DNA of 64,000 bases from contig CAYXWM010000002.1 of assembly GCA_964468805.1 (NCBI GenBank), positions 25,270 to 89,269 of the forward strand, in the 5' to 3' direction. A program made the translations under genes and the position numbers. Positions 1 to 9,582 of this stretch are shown in pieces; positions within the stretch are counted from its first letter, which is position 1, and every line of letters starts with the position of its first letter. The notes under the pieces are model-generated. The model ran no database searches and was not told the origin of the DNA. It saw only the letters and a program-made list of their open reading frames with translations. This DNA comes from an uncultured Defluviitaleaceae bacterium (GTDB lineage Bacteria > Bacillota > Clostridia > Lachnospirales > WRBF01).

Positions 1-1782
1 GAACGCTACGGAAAATTGGCTGAAGAATGTGCTGCAAAAGAAAGCGATGCCAAGAGAAAAGAAGAGCTTGAAGCAATGGCAGCCAACTGTTATCAAATAG
101 CCGGCGGAGCACCAAAGACTTTCTGGCAAGCATTGCAATTATTTAACTTTGCCACAACTCTTATTCAGATTGAAAGTAACGGTCATTCCATCTCCTACGG
201 TCGCATGGATCAATGGTTATTCCCTTACTATGAAGCTGATATGAAAAACGGCACAATTACTAAAGAATTTGCTCTTGAGCTTCTTGAAGTAACCTATGTT
301 AAGGTAAATAACCCCACCAAGTTAAAGGACAAAGGCAGTATGGCACTTCGTAACGGTCGCGGCTTCGGTGGTGAGAGCCTTACAATCGGTGGTGTTGACC
401 GTGACGGCAACGACATTACCAATGATTTAACTATGCTTATGTTGGAAGCTTCCGCACATACTCGTATGATGAACCCCTGGGTTTGTGTACGTATGCATGA
501 AAACACACCCTATGAATTAAAGATTAAAACCATAGAATGTGTTCGTGCCGGTTACGGACATCCCAAAGTATTTAACGATGCTCCCGCTATTAAGGGTATG
601 ATGAGAAAGGGAATGACTCTTGAAGAAGCAAGAGAATATTGCGTAGTAGGTTGCGTAGAAATCAGTCTTCCCGGTAAAGAATACGGCTGGCATGATGCCG
701 CTTATGTAAATACAGCAAAAATGATGGAAATGGTACTTAACGGCGGTCGTTGCTTGGATTGCGGTCCTCATTGTGCAAGATGGGAAAACTGCGGTGCAAT
801 CGGAGGACACATTGGTCCCAATACCGGAAGCTTAGAAACTTACCAAAGTTTTGATGAAGTTCTGGAAAGTGTTGATAAGCAATTTGCTTATTGGACAGAC
901 CAAATGTGCAGCAGCTTAAATATCATCGACAATGCACACAGAGAACGCAAACCTCTTCCCTATGTTTCTGCATTCTTTGAAGAATGTTTGGAATCCGGCA
1001 AGGATTTAACAGAAGGCGGAGCAAAATATAACGGAATCGGACCTCAAGCAAGCGGTATGGCAACCTGTGCGGATTCATTGAGCACTATTAAACAACTTGT
1101 ATTTGATGAAAAACGTTGCACCGGTGCCGAATTACTTAAAGCTGTTAAAGAAAACTGGGTAGGACACGACAAACTTTATGCTCTTGTAAACAGCTCAAAA
1201 GTTCATCACTACGGTAATGATGACGATTATGCAGATGAACTGTTCAAGTTTATGTTCGAATGCTACTGCAGACATATCAGAGGAAGAAAAACTGTCAGAG
1301 GCGGAGAATTCAGCCCGGGCGTATACTCTGTAAATGCAAACGTTGCTATGGGATTAAACACCAATGCTTCTGTTGACGGACGTAAAGCCGGTGAAGCTAT
1401 CTCCGATAACATGGGACCTGTTCATACAGATGCCGGTTCTCACGATATTTGCGGACCTACAGCTATTACAAACTCTCTGTCTAAAGTTGACCACAGCCTT
1501 GCCTCCAACGGTACTCTTATGAACCTCAGATTCCCACAGGAAGCTGTTGCCGGCGTAGAGGGCAGAGACAACTTGTTAAGCTTCCTTGATGAATATATTT
1601 CCAAAAACGCAATGCACGTTCAATTTAACATCATGAGTACTGAAACCATGAAAGCAGCACAGAAAAAACCCGAAGATTATAAAGATATGCTTGTACGTGT
1701 TGCAGGATACAGTGCATACTTCGTAGAACTGGGCAAACCGCTGCAAAAAGATTTAATCCAACGCACTGAACTTCATTTCTAA
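1..1782 (+). CDS. Glycyl radical enzyme, C-terminal ~590 aa (5' end lies outside the window). 1,2-eliminase clade (choline-TMA lyase / glycerol dehydratase / isethionate sulfite-lyase type).
   Basis: The frame is open from nt 1. Thiyl loop VVGCVE (Cys codon 652-654, Glu 658-660). Glycyl radical motif RVAGYSAYF (Gly codon 1705-1707) about 25 aa before the stop. Confidence 0.85.
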   Translation, partial: ERYGKLAEECAAKESDAKRKEELEAMAANCYQIAGGAPKTFWQALQLFNFATTLIQIESNGHSISYGRMDQWLFPYYEADMKNGTITKEFALELLEVTYVKVNNPTKLKDKGSMALRNGRGFGGESLTIGGVDRDGNDITNDLTMLMLEASAHTRMMNPWVCVRMHENTPYELKIKTIECVRAGYGHPKVFNDAPAIKGMMRKGMTLEEAREYCVVGCVEISLPGKEYGWHDAAYVNTAKMMEMVLNGGRCLDCGPHCARWENCGAIGGHIGPNTGSLETYQSFDEVLESVDKQFAYWTDQMCSSLNIIDNAHRERKPLPYVSAFFEECLESGKDLTEGGAKYNGIGPQASGMATCADSLSTIKQLVFDEKRCTGAELLKAVKENWVGHDKLYALVNSSKVHHYGNDDDYADELFKFMFECYCRHIRGRKTVRGGEFSPGVYSVNANVAMGLNTNASVDGRKAGEAISDNMGPVHTDAGSHDICGPTAITNSLSKVDHSLASNGTLMNLRFPQEAVAGVEGRDNLLSFLDEYISKNAMHVQFNIMSTETMKAAQKKPEDYKDMLVRVAGYSAYFVELGKPLQKDLIQRTELHF

Positions 1783-1920
1783 TATACTCAATTTCATAAG
1801 GAATAGTAACAAAAGCTATTCTTCGTAAACGGTTAGCTCTTATGTTTTTATAAAAAAACACCGGTCGCTCACCACTACGAATATACGCTTTTGTTACTAC
1901 TTCACCGGAAATTAAGTATA
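1783..1920 (+). repeat. Family A palindromic intergenic repeat, copy A1
   Basis: TATACTCAATTTCATAAGGAATAGTAACAAAAGC...GCTTTTGTTACTACTTCACCGGAAATTAAGTATA. Begins one nt after the GRE stop codon. Confidence 0.9.
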
Positions 1921-1942
1921 CCGGTCAAAATTAAATGTCCTT

Positions 1943-1987
1943 TATCGTACGGAAAATATCATGCTTCAAAGATTTTTCCGTACGATA
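1943..1987 (+). terminator. Strong hairpin after the GRE gene and repeat A1
   Basis: 14-bp perfect stem TATCGTACGGAAAA / TTTTCCGTACGATA with a 17-nt loop. No clean U-tract. Confidence 0.4.
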
Positions 1988-2175
1988 GGGACTGTATTAA
2001 AGTTAATTTACCGTAACCTGTCGAACAATTTGAATTCCCAAGGAATTTCACGTTATGAAAAAACTTGCGATATTATCAAAAGTTCGACGAAACTTTATCA
2101 AACTCACAATAAATCAAATCGCATTCCGGATACTTTTAAAAAGTAGCCCGATACTTATGTTTTAGGAGAGAGAAA

Positions 2176-2964
2176 ATGACTTTTGAATTTAGTTACGTGC
2201 TGGTTGGTTTAATGCAAATTTTCGGATTCTTTGTGCAAGGATGTACAGGATTCGGTTGTACCGTTATTGCAGCTGCTGTTACCAATGGTTTGTTGGGAAC
2301 CGCTGTTGGTGTTCCCTATGGTACCATGATTACACTTCCGTTCTTATATTTCTTGGCAATCAAAGCAAGAAAAGAAGTTTCTTGGAAAGACTTGGGAAAA
2401 ATTATCCTTCTTTGTGCACCCGGTATCTTTATCGGAAATCAATTGTTCTATACTATCAGCCCTAATATAGCAAAAATTTGTATTGGCGCAATGGTAACTT
2501 TAATTGCCATAATAAATATTTATAAACACATTATCTGTCCTTTGGTTCTTAAAAAAGTTGAGACAGAAGCCGCACCTGATACAGTATTCAAAAAAACATT
2601 GCGTTACGGTTGTTTGGCATTGGGCGGCGTAGTTCACGGTGCATTTAACATTGGCGGTCCCCTTATAACAGTTTATACAATTGAAGCAGTTAAGGAAAAA
2701 GAAAAATTCCGTAACACAATGAACATGGTATGGGTAGTTCTCAACACATGGAACGCTTTCAACCAATTGAACAACGGTTCATCTACTCCTGAATTATGGG
2801 GTTCTCTTGCTGTGGGTGCTCCTATGGCGGCTATCGGTTTCTTCCTTGGTATGGCATTCCTCAAGAGAATTAATCGTGAGACTTTCCTTCGTATTGTATA
2901 CTGTGTATTGCTGTTTATCGGTGCTAATATGCTGATTACAAGTTTGCTGGATGTTTTGAAATAA
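2176..2964 (+). CDS. TSUP / TauE-SafE-like (DUF81) integral membrane transporter
   Basis: 262 aa, hydrophobic throughout with about 8 TM segments. Gly-rich helix starts (GCTGFGCTVIAAAV, NIGGPLITVY). RBS aggagag upstream of the ATG. Confidence 0.6.
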   Translation: MTFEFSYVLVGLMQIFGFFVQGCTGFGCTVIAAAVTNGLLGTAVGVPYGTMITLPFLYFLAIKARKEVSWKDLGKIILLCAPGIFIGNQLFYTISPNIAKICIGAMVTLIAIINIYKHIICPLVLKKVETEAAPDTVFKKTLRYGCLALGGVVHGAFNIGGPLITVYTIEAVKEKEKFRNTMNMVWVVLNTWNAFNQLNNGSSTPELWGSLAVGAPMAAIGFFLGMAFLKRINRETFLRIVYCVLLFIGANMLITSLLDVLK

Positions 2965-2997
2965 AAGTATACATAGAATAATACATTTCGTCCGTTA

Positions 2998-3103
2998 TAT
3001 ACTAATTCCATATAAGATGAAGGACAAAAATAATCGTTTTTTCCTTGATTCGTTGGAAAAAAATCAATTATTTCTGTCCTCTGTTAAAAATGGAATCAGT
3101 ATA
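2998..3103 (+). repeat. Family B palindromic intergenic repeat, copy B1
   Basis: TATACTAATTCCATATAAGATGAAGGACAAAAATAATCGTTTTTTCCTTGATTCGTTGGAAAAAAATCAATTATTTCTGTCCTCTGTTAAAAATGGAATCAGTATA. Confidence 0.9.
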
Positions 3104-3287
3104 CATAGTTACTGTTTAACGGGCGTTTGAGAAACACAACTATTCTGCTTGAAAAGCAAAAAATGCTTTTTATCGGTCGGCTTTGCTTGGTCGCTGAGGC
3201 AAAGCCGGAGGCAGACAGTACGTAGCCATCTGCGGCGGTTTATACATTGGCAAGTTTTTTACACGCAGATTTAGGAGGCAAATAAGA

Positions 3288-4436
3288 ATGAATGATTTTA
3301 GATTTAAAATTCCTCAAAGTATAGAATTTGGAATGGGAAGCTTAAAAAAACTTCCGGAAATTTTAGCAGAAAATAAATCAGACAATGTTCTTTTGGTTTC
3401 CGATCGTGGATTGGAAGCCATTGGTGTCGTTAAGAAAATCCAAGATATTATTGAAGCCGGCGGTATAAAATGCACATCCTATTTGGATGTAATACCAAAC
3501 CCCACCGTAGATAACGTTAATGATGCTGCTGCTTTATATAAAGAAAGCGGAGCAACAAGCATAGTTGCTCTTGGCGGCGGAAGTGCTATAGACGTTGCAA
3601 AAGCTGTAGGTGTGCTTGTTAATTACGGCGGAAATATTACAGATTATGAAGGAATGCATAAAGTTCCGGGACCCATTGTTCCCATGATCGCTATTCCCAC
3701 TACTGCCGGTACAGGCAGTGAAGCCACAGCTTCGTCTGTAATTACAGACGAGACCAGAAATTATAAGCTTTCTGTATTCAGTTATGAAATTCTTCCCAAA
3801 TATGCAATTTTGGATCCCGAATTGATTATGACAACACCTGCTTCTATTGCCGCCGCTTGTGCAGTTGATGCTTTAATTCATGCAATTGAAGCTTATATTT
3901 CAAGAAATGCTTCTCCGTTTTCTGATGCAATGGCTGAAAAAGCAATGGAATTAATCGGCGGAAACATTCGTCGTTTTGTAGCTAACAGACAGGATGAAGA
4001 AGCTGCCTGTGCTATGATGGCAGGCTCTAATTTTGCGGGAATCGCTTTTGCATGGGCAAGACTTGGTAATGTACATGCTATGAGCCACCCGGTAAGTGCA
4101 TATTTCCATGTTGCACATGGTGTTGCAAATTCCATCCTTCTTCCGGCGGTAATGGAATATAATGCACTTGCTGATAACGGACGTTATGAAGTTATTTACA
4201 ACTATATTCGTCAAGGAAATGAAGGCTTGGGCGGCTTTAAACCCGAAATGCTTACAGAAGAAATCAAAAAACTGAATGATGATTTGGGAATACCTAAATC
4301 ACTTTCGGAAGTAGGCGTTACAGAAGATATGATTCCGGCTATGGCAGAAGACGCCATGAAGAGCGGAAATATTCCTGCTAACCCAAGACAAACTACCCTT
4401 AACGACATTATTGCTCTTTACAAAAAAGCATTATAA
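3288..4436 (+). CDS. Iron-containing (group III) alcohol dehydrogenase
   Basis: 382 aa. GGGSAIDVAKA nucleotide-binding motif and His-rich metal site (DALIHAIEAY, HAMSHPVSAYFHVAHG). RBS aggagg. Confidence 0.85.
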   Translation: MNDFRFKIPQSIEFGMGSLKKLPEILAENKSDNVLLVSDRGLEAIGVVKKIQDIIEAGGIKCTSYLDVIPNPTVDNVNDAAALYKESGATSIVALGGGSAIDVAKAVGVLVNYGGNITDYEGMHKVPGPIVPMIAIPTTAGTGSEATASSVITDETRNYKLSVFSYEILPKYAILDPELIMTTPASIAAACAVDALIHAIEAYISRNASPFSDAMAEKAMELIGGNIRRFVANRQDEEAACAMMAGSNFAGIAFAWARLGNVHAMSHPVSAYFHVAHGVANSILLPAVMEYNALADNGRYEVIYNYIRQGNEGLGGFKPEMLTEEIKKLNDDLGIPKSLSEVGVTEDMIPAMAEDAMKSGNIPANPRQTTLNDIIALYKKAL

Positions 4437-4494
4437 TAAGGTGAGTTCCACTTAGACGAAAAGCAAGCTAAGTTTCGTGGGAATATCACGTTGG

Positions 4495-4532
4495 GAGTAC
4501 GTTTTTGCATAGCTTCAAGCAAAAACGTACTC
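4495..4532 (+). terminator. Hairpin terminator candidate after the alcohol dehydrogenase gene
   Basis: 14-bp perfect stem GAGTACGTTTTTGC / GCAAAAACGTACTC. Weak U-tract. Confidence 0.5.
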
Positions 4533-4718
4533 ATATTATCAAACAATGATTCTTTGCAAAATCACTATATTAATTAAAAACCATTCCTAAACATCTGTGA
4601 TGTTTTTATTTATCCTTTAGATTGACAAAAAAATGACGAAGATTTTTATTACCCATCCTGCAAAATCGGTAAAAATTCAGTCTATCTTTTAAATAAAGAA
4701 ATAAGTAAAATGTATGCT

Positions 4719-4820
4719 TACTAATTCCAAATAAGATGAAGAACAAAAACAATCGTTTTTTCCTTGAACCGTTGGAAAAAATCAATTATTTTTGTCCTCT
4801 GTTTGAACCGGAATCATTAT
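4719..4820 (+). repeat. Family B repeat, copy B2
   Basis: TACTAATTCCAAATAAGATGAAGAACAAAAACAATCGTTTTTTCCTTGAACCGTTGGAAAAAATCAATTATTTTTGTCCTCTG...GGAATCATTAT. Confidence 0.9.
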
Positions 4821-4988
4821 TATTGGGGATTGGGTAATAATTATGAGACAGTTAGGTCTTTGCTTTTAGTAAAGACTAACCCAAGTTAAATCTGCTTAAA
4901 GGCGAGTATGCTTTTAAGCCTTTTCTACTCGGCTCATATTACATTAAGTAGAGACATTCCAAAGAATAGGGAGATATATAAAGACACC

Positions 4989-6392
4989 ATGAATGAAAAA
5001 CAACGTTTATTATACCTTCTATTAGGACCGGCTATTTTTATTGCGATAACTTTATTTTTCTCAAGTACCTTAAACCTTCCTGCTGCTCAAGCAATAGGTA
5101 CCTTGCTGTGGATGATTTTTTGGTGGATTACACGTCCTGTACATATGACAGTCACGGCTCTTATACCCATAGTAGTCAACGCAGTCTTTAATATTATTCC
5201 TATGGAAGCTGTTACGTCACAGTACTTCTCTGACAGTATCATTCTTATCTTTGCTTCCTGCCTTATTACTATACCTTGGAAATCAACCGGCTTAGACCGC
5301 CGAGTTGCCTTGAGGATATTGTCTGTAATCGGGCCGACAATGAAGTCACAAGTAACCGTTTGGCTTCTTACCAGCATTATGTTTTCTACTATGCTGCCCA
5401 ATGTTGCGGTCTGTGCATTATTTTGCCCCATTGCAATAGCTATGCTTAAAGCAGCCGGCTATGATGATATTAAAAAATGTGCTCCGGCTGTACCCATACT
5501 GCTTTCAATAGGTTGGGGTGTTGGTCTGGGTGGTGCAGGGTCGCCTCTTGGCGGTGCTATGAATGTTGTTGCTATTTCTTATATTCAGGAATATACAGGG
5601 GCAGAGTTTATGTATATTGACTGGGTTATTAATATGGCACCATTTTTCATCATTGTTGCAACCGCTGCACTTGCATATATGTTATTTATAAGCAAAAAAA
5701 TCGGACCTATAAACGGAAGCAAGGAATACTTCAAAAAAAGCTATACCGAGCTTGGTCCTATCAAGCACGACGAAAAGGTTTGCGTTACACTTTTTGTTCT
5801 TGCTTTAACAGGTGCATTTTTACGTCCTTTGTTTGCTGATATTTTTCCTGCCCTTACCCCGGCTTATATATTTCTTATTCTGGGTTGTGTGGCTTTTATC
5901 TTCAACATTTCCAAAAAGGGTCCCTTGCTCACATGGGAGACGGCTCAAGAGAATACAATTTGGGGAATGATGTTTCTCTTTGGGGGTGGATTAGCCCTTG
6001 GAAAGCTTGTAAATGGTTCCGGAGCAAGCGAAAGTATTGCAAGTTTGGTTTCGGGAATGGCTCTTGACGGCGGTTTCCTTACTATCGTTATTATTGTAGT
6101 CTTCGCCTGTGCTATTTCAGAGGCAACAAATTCCACAGTATCTGCGGCTGTTACTATTCCCATAGTACTTTCACTGGCATCAAAGCTGGGTCTAAACGCC
6201 ATACCATACTGGTTTACCACCATAATGGCATATAATGCGGAGTTTCTGCTTCCTATCAGTGTACGAGCTATTCCGGTTTCTTACGGACTGGATGCCAATA
6301 AGATGATAAAGCAAGGTATACCGCTACTTTTTCTCAGGATGGCTATAGTCATTATCCTCGGATATGTATTTGTGACGTTTTGGCCCAGTTGA
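4989..6392 (+). CDS. Anion permease, DASS/SLC13-like (ArsB/NhaD superfamily)
   Basis: Polytopic membrane protein with two hairpin-type motifs (MLPNVAV and EATNSTVSAAVTIPIV). The start is ambiguous: ATG 4989 (MNEKQRLLY) or ATG 4908. Confidence 0.6.
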   Translation: MNEKQRLLYLLLGPAIFIAITLFFSSTLNLPAAQAIGTLLWMIFWWITRPVHMTVTALIPIVVNAVFNIIPMEAVTSQYFSDSIILIFASCLITIPWKSTGLDRRVALRILSVIGPTMKSQVTVWLLTSIMFSTMLPNVAVCALFCPIAIAMLKAAGYDDIKKCAPAVPILLSIGWGVGLGGAGSPLGGAMNVVAISYIQEYTGAEFMYIDWVINMAPFFIIVATAALAYMLFISKKIGPINGSKEYFKKSYTELGPIKHDEKVCVTLFVLALTGAFLRPLFADIFPALTPAYIFLILGCVAFIFNISKKGPLLTWETAQENTIWGMMFLFGGGLALGKLVNGSGASESIASLVSGMALDGGFLTIVIIVVFACAISEATNSTVSAAVTIPIVLSLASKLGLNAIPYWFTTIMAYNAEFLLPISVRAIPVSYGLDANKMIKQGIPLLFLRMAIVIILGYVFVTFWPS

Positions 6393-6427
6393 ATAAAGTA
6401 ACTTTATATAGTTTTATAACGAATAAC

Positions 6428-6480
6428 ACAGAAAAGAGCTAACTGATTTATATGTCAGTCAGCTCTTTTCTGTTGTACGT
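6428..6480 (+). terminator. Terminator after the DASS permease gene
   Basis: 19-bp stem ACAGAAAAGAGCTAACTGA / TCAGTCAGCTCTTTTCTGT with one mismatch, T-rich 3' side. Confidence 0.6.
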
Positions 6481-6577
6481 CCAACTGCCAAAAAAATCCC
6501 TTATAACAAATGAATCAGTTATCAGAAACTTGAAAATCATAATGTATCTCTGTACAAACACGCTGAATATACTGTTT

Positions 6578-6714
6578 TATACTTAATTGCATAAGGAATA
6601 GTAACAAAAGCTATTCTTCGTAAACGGTTCGCTCTTATGTTTTTGTGAAAAAACACCGGTCACTCACCACTACGAATATACGCTTTTGTTACTGCTTAAC
6701 TCGAAATTAAGTAT
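6578..6714 (+). repeat. Family A repeat, copy A2
   Basis: TATACTTAATTGCATAAGGAATAGTAACAAAAGCTATTCTTCGTAAACGG...CTACGAATATACGCTTTTGTTACTGCTTAACTCGAAATTAAGTAT. Near-identical to A1. Confidence 0.9.
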
Positions 6715-6739
6715 TATGATGTATTTGGAGTGTGTTTGT

Positions 6740-6877
6740 ATGGATAGGGAGAATTTTATAGTTGAAGAAGTGTTTAAAAATACAGAACAATCCAAAAAAC
6801 ATGAATTACTGAAAAAAACCATTCTGAAAATATCCCTCGAAAATTACAACAAGACAAAATCAGAGAAAAATGATTAG
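6740..6877 (+). CDS. Small hypothetical protein (45 aa) just upstream of the recombinase
   Basis: ATG 6740 lies 10 nt after GGAG. Lys/Glu-rich helical sequence MDRENFIVEEVFKNTEQSKKHELLKK. No recognisable family. Confidence 0.3.
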   Translation: MDRENFIVEEVFKNTEQSKKHELLKKTILKISLENYNKTKSEKND

Positions 6878-6951
6878 GGATTTACCTCCGATTTTTTCGG
6901 CAGTATTGCAGAAGAAACAAGCGATTGCAGTACAGAAATGGGGTTTCAGAC

Positions 6952-8571
6952 ATGAGCGAAAATGTTAAAGTAGCCTTGTATTGCCGATTGTCCGTTGAGG
7001 ATAAAAATAAAGCCAAGGCAGGCGACGATAGCGAAAGCATACAAAATCAAAAATTGTTGTTAGAGGAATACGCGAAAAGTCAAGGTTGGCAAATATATGA
7101 CATTTATTCCGATGATGACTATTCCGGCATGGACAGAGACAGACCGGCCTTTCAGAAGATGATTAATGATGCCAGGAAAAAGCAGTTTGATATTATCCTG
7201 TGTAAGAACCAGTCACGCTTTAGCCGGGACATGGAAGTAGTGGAAAAGTACATTAATCATAGATTCTTGCTTTGGGGTATCAGGTTTATCGGGGTAGTGG
7301 ATAATGTTGACACTGCATTAAAAGGCAACAAAAAATCCCGGCAAATCTATGCCTTAACCAATGAATGGATTTGCGAAGATACCTCCGAAAATATTCGATA
7401 TGTTTTTAACAAGAAAATGCATGACGGGCAATTTTTAGGCTCTTTTGCCTCCTATGGTTATAAAAAAAATCCCGATGACCGCCATAAACTTGTTATCGAT
7501 GAAGAAGCCGCATACGTGATTCGTGAGATTTTTAGGCTTTACTTACAGGGTTATGGTTGCATTCAGATAGCCAACATTTTAACAGATAGAAAAATACTTA
7601 CTCCTGCTGCATACAAAAAACAGCAGGGTCTTAAATTTACCAATCCCAATTCAAAGAAATACAGCGAAACATATGGTGTTTGGGCACAAAACACAGTATC
7701 AAGAATACTGGCAAACCCGGTTTACATAGGGCATCTTATCCAAGGGCGTGAGCGTAAGGTAAGCTACAAATCCAAAAAGGTTATAATCGCTCCCAAAGAG
7801 GAATGGATTACGGTTAAAAATACCCATGAACCTATTATTGATGAGGATACCTTTAACAAGGTTCAAACTCTTAGGGAAGCCAGGAGAACAGTACATAAGC
7901 CTAAAGACAACAATTATAATGGACTGTCTCACGCTCACCTTTTGGCAGGCAAAGTAAGATGTTTGGATTGCGGTAATAATCTTATTCGTTCCTCTAAGGG
8001 AAGAAACGGTGATGTTTATTTAAGATGTCAACTTTCGGCTAAAACGAAGCAAACGGCTTGTACATACCATACTGTTAAGTTGGAAAGCCTTATAGCGGTT
8101 GTTGAAAGCAAAATCAGGGATATGCTTGAAAAATTCATGTCAGAGAAGGGCGATTTGAACTTTTTGGAAGAATATTGTATCAAGAGCGAAAATATAACCG
8201 CTCAAATAAATACTCTGCAAAAAGAAGCCAAAAACCTTAATACAATAATCGAGGAAATAGGAAGAACCCTAACTTCCGCTTATGTTGACAAAACAAAAAA
8301 CGTAATAGTTGAAGCGGAATTTCTTACTATAAAACAAAATCTGAATACCGACATTGAAAATCATAAGCTTAGGTTAGCAATCATTAATAAGGATATTGAT
8401 GGGCTAATCTCTCAAAAAAGTGCCTTAAAAGACATGGGTAAAGTTTTAAAGGAACATACTCACTTTGAAAAGCTGACACATGAAATTGCAAACGATTTTT
8501 TAGATTTTATTGAAGTGGGCGAAAAAAAGGAAACGGGCCGGCAAATCATCAGAATCCATTGGCATTTTTAA
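6952..8571 (+). CDS. Large serine recombinase (resolvase/invertase N-domain + recombinase domain + zinc ribbon + coiled coil)
   Basis: VALYCRLSVED...ESIQNQK...YSDDDYSGMDRDRPAFQKM...NQSRFSRD resolvase core. Cys-rich zinc ribbon CLDCGN...LRCQ...C. Long C-terminal coiled coil. ATG 6952 is preferred over TTG 6925. Confidence 0.85.
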   Translation: MSENVKVALYCRLSVEDKNKAKAGDDSESIQNQKLLLEEYAKSQGWQIYDIYSDDDYSGMDRDRPAFQKMINDARKKQFDIILCKNQSRFSRDMEVVEKYINHRFLLWGIRFIGVVDNVDTALKGNKKSRQIYALTNEWICEDTSENIRYVFNKKMHDGQFLGSFASYGYKKNPDDRHKLVIDEEAAYVIREIFRLYLQGYGCIQIANILTDRKILTPAAYKKQQGLKFTNPNSKKYSETYGVWAQNTVSRILANPVYIGHLIQGRERKVSYKSKKVIIAPKEEWITVKNTHEPIIDEDTFNKVQTLREARRTVHKPKDNNYNGLSHAHLLAGKVRCLDCGNNLIRSSKGRNGDVYLRCQLSAKTKQTACTYHTVKLESLIAVVESKIRDMLEKFMSEKGDLNFLEEYCIKSENITAQINTLQKEAKNLNTIIEEIGRTLTSAYVDKTKNVIVEAEFLTIKQNLNTDIENHKLRLAIINKDIDGLISQKSALKDMGKVLKEHTHFEKLTHEIANDFLDFIEVGEKKETGRQIIRIHWHF

Positions 8572-8576
8572 CAAGG

Positions 8577-8678
8577 TATACTAATTCCAAATAAGAGAAG
8601 GACAAAAATATTGTTTTTTCCTTGAACCGTTGGAAAAAATCAATTATTTTTGTCCTCTTTTTAAATGGAATCATTATA
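8577..8678 (+). repeat. Family B repeat, copy B3 (6 nt after the recombinase stop)
   Basis: TATACTAATTCCAAATAAGAGAAGGACAAAAATATTGTTTTTTCCTTGAACCGTTGGAAAAAATCAATTATTTTTGTCC...TGGAATCATTATA. Confidence 0.9.
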
Positions 8679-8702
8679 TTTATGTACGCCATAAATACCT
8701 TA

Positions 8703-9080
8703 TCACTTCACAAATTCCGGGACAAGTTTCGTATTGTTTTTAATACAGCAACCTGTGTCGCCGGTAGCTCCTGTAGCACCGGGTTCTCCGTCCAAACCGG
8801 GTGAACCCGTGGGCCCTGTTGGGCCGGTTTCTCCTGTTGCTCCTCTTGCACCTGTCGACCCGGTTACGCCACGTATTACTGTTGCTCCTGTGGCACCTGT
8901 TGAGACGGGCGTGCCGGATAAACCCTTGGTGCCTGTGCTACCATCCTTCGAGCCTTTAGTGCCTGTTATTCCTTGAGTACCTGTAGTACCTGTAGTGTCT
9001 GTGGAACCGATTGGGTCTGCGGAAGCTGTGGGACCTTCCTGTTGCAAAGGATCAATAGAGTCAAATAATAAGTCACTCAT
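8703..9080 (-). CDS. Short collagen-like (Gly-X-Thr repeat) protein with no globular C-terminal domain
   Basis: [16 protein letters not shown], then GxT/GxY triplets ([23 protein letters not shown]...[16 protein letters not shown]), ending [18 protein letters not shown] ggggtga 5 nt upstream of ATG 9080. Confidence 0.6.
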   Translation of the reverse strand: MSDLLFDSIDPLQQEGPTASADPIGSTDTTGTTGTQGITGTKGSKDGSTGTKGLSGTPVSTGATGATVIRGVTGSTGARGATGETGPTGPTGSPGLDGEPGATGATGDTGCCIKNNTKLVPEFVK

Positions 9081-9537
9081 ATAATCACCCCAAATCACTA
9101 CAATTTAATACCTATAAACATATTTGCGTAATTGCAACTAAATACTGCTACAACTAAATATATGTAATCAAAGGGACTTCTGTTCTTGTACCGGTGTTTG
9201 TTTAAGAATTAAAATAAGATAATTTTGAGAGACTTGTGCAGACACGGGAGAGTAAACAAAGTATAAAACAAGAGTCTACAGCCTTATTCGGATAGAGCAA
9301 AAATAAAAATTATATATAGAAGAAATGAAATCACAAAATTAAAAATGTATTCATATATTGCGTATAAAGACAAGTTTTCATAAATCGTTGTACTTTGATT
9401 TATAAAAATGAAACCAATCCTTTAAAAAGCAAGATATATTTATCGGAGTAAAAAGCAAATGACATTAAAGAATATTGCGAAATTTAAACATTGTGGCATA
9501 TACGGCGTGAATCATGTCTGTAAGTACAATGAATATC

Positions 9538-9582
9538 ATACTTAATTGCATAAGGAATGGTAACCGGCAATTAAGCAGTATA
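9538..9582 (+). repeat. Family A mini form: both termini joined, ~90-bp core missing
   Basis: ATACTTAATTGCATAAGGAATGGTAACCGGCAATTAAGCAGTATA. Confidence 0.7.

Noticed and set aside
1961-2146. 61-aa ORF between repeat A1 and the TSUP gene
   Set aside because: It starts inside a 14-bp-stem hairpin, has no RBS, and has a basic low-complexity composition. It is probably non-coding leader.
3107-3287. Possible riboswitch or leader upstream of the alcohol dehydrogenase (hairpins AAAAGCA/TGCTTTT and GGCTTTGC/GCAAAGCC)
   Set aside because: The hairpins are real, but I could not match them to any riboswitch, T-box or attenuator consensus, so the region is left unannotated.
8734-8976. Plus-strand 80-aa ORF ([11 protein letters not shown]...) opposite the short collagen-like gene
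   Set aside because: It is an antisense reading of a collagen triplet array. It has no RBS, and the minus-strand frame has a good RBS and start.
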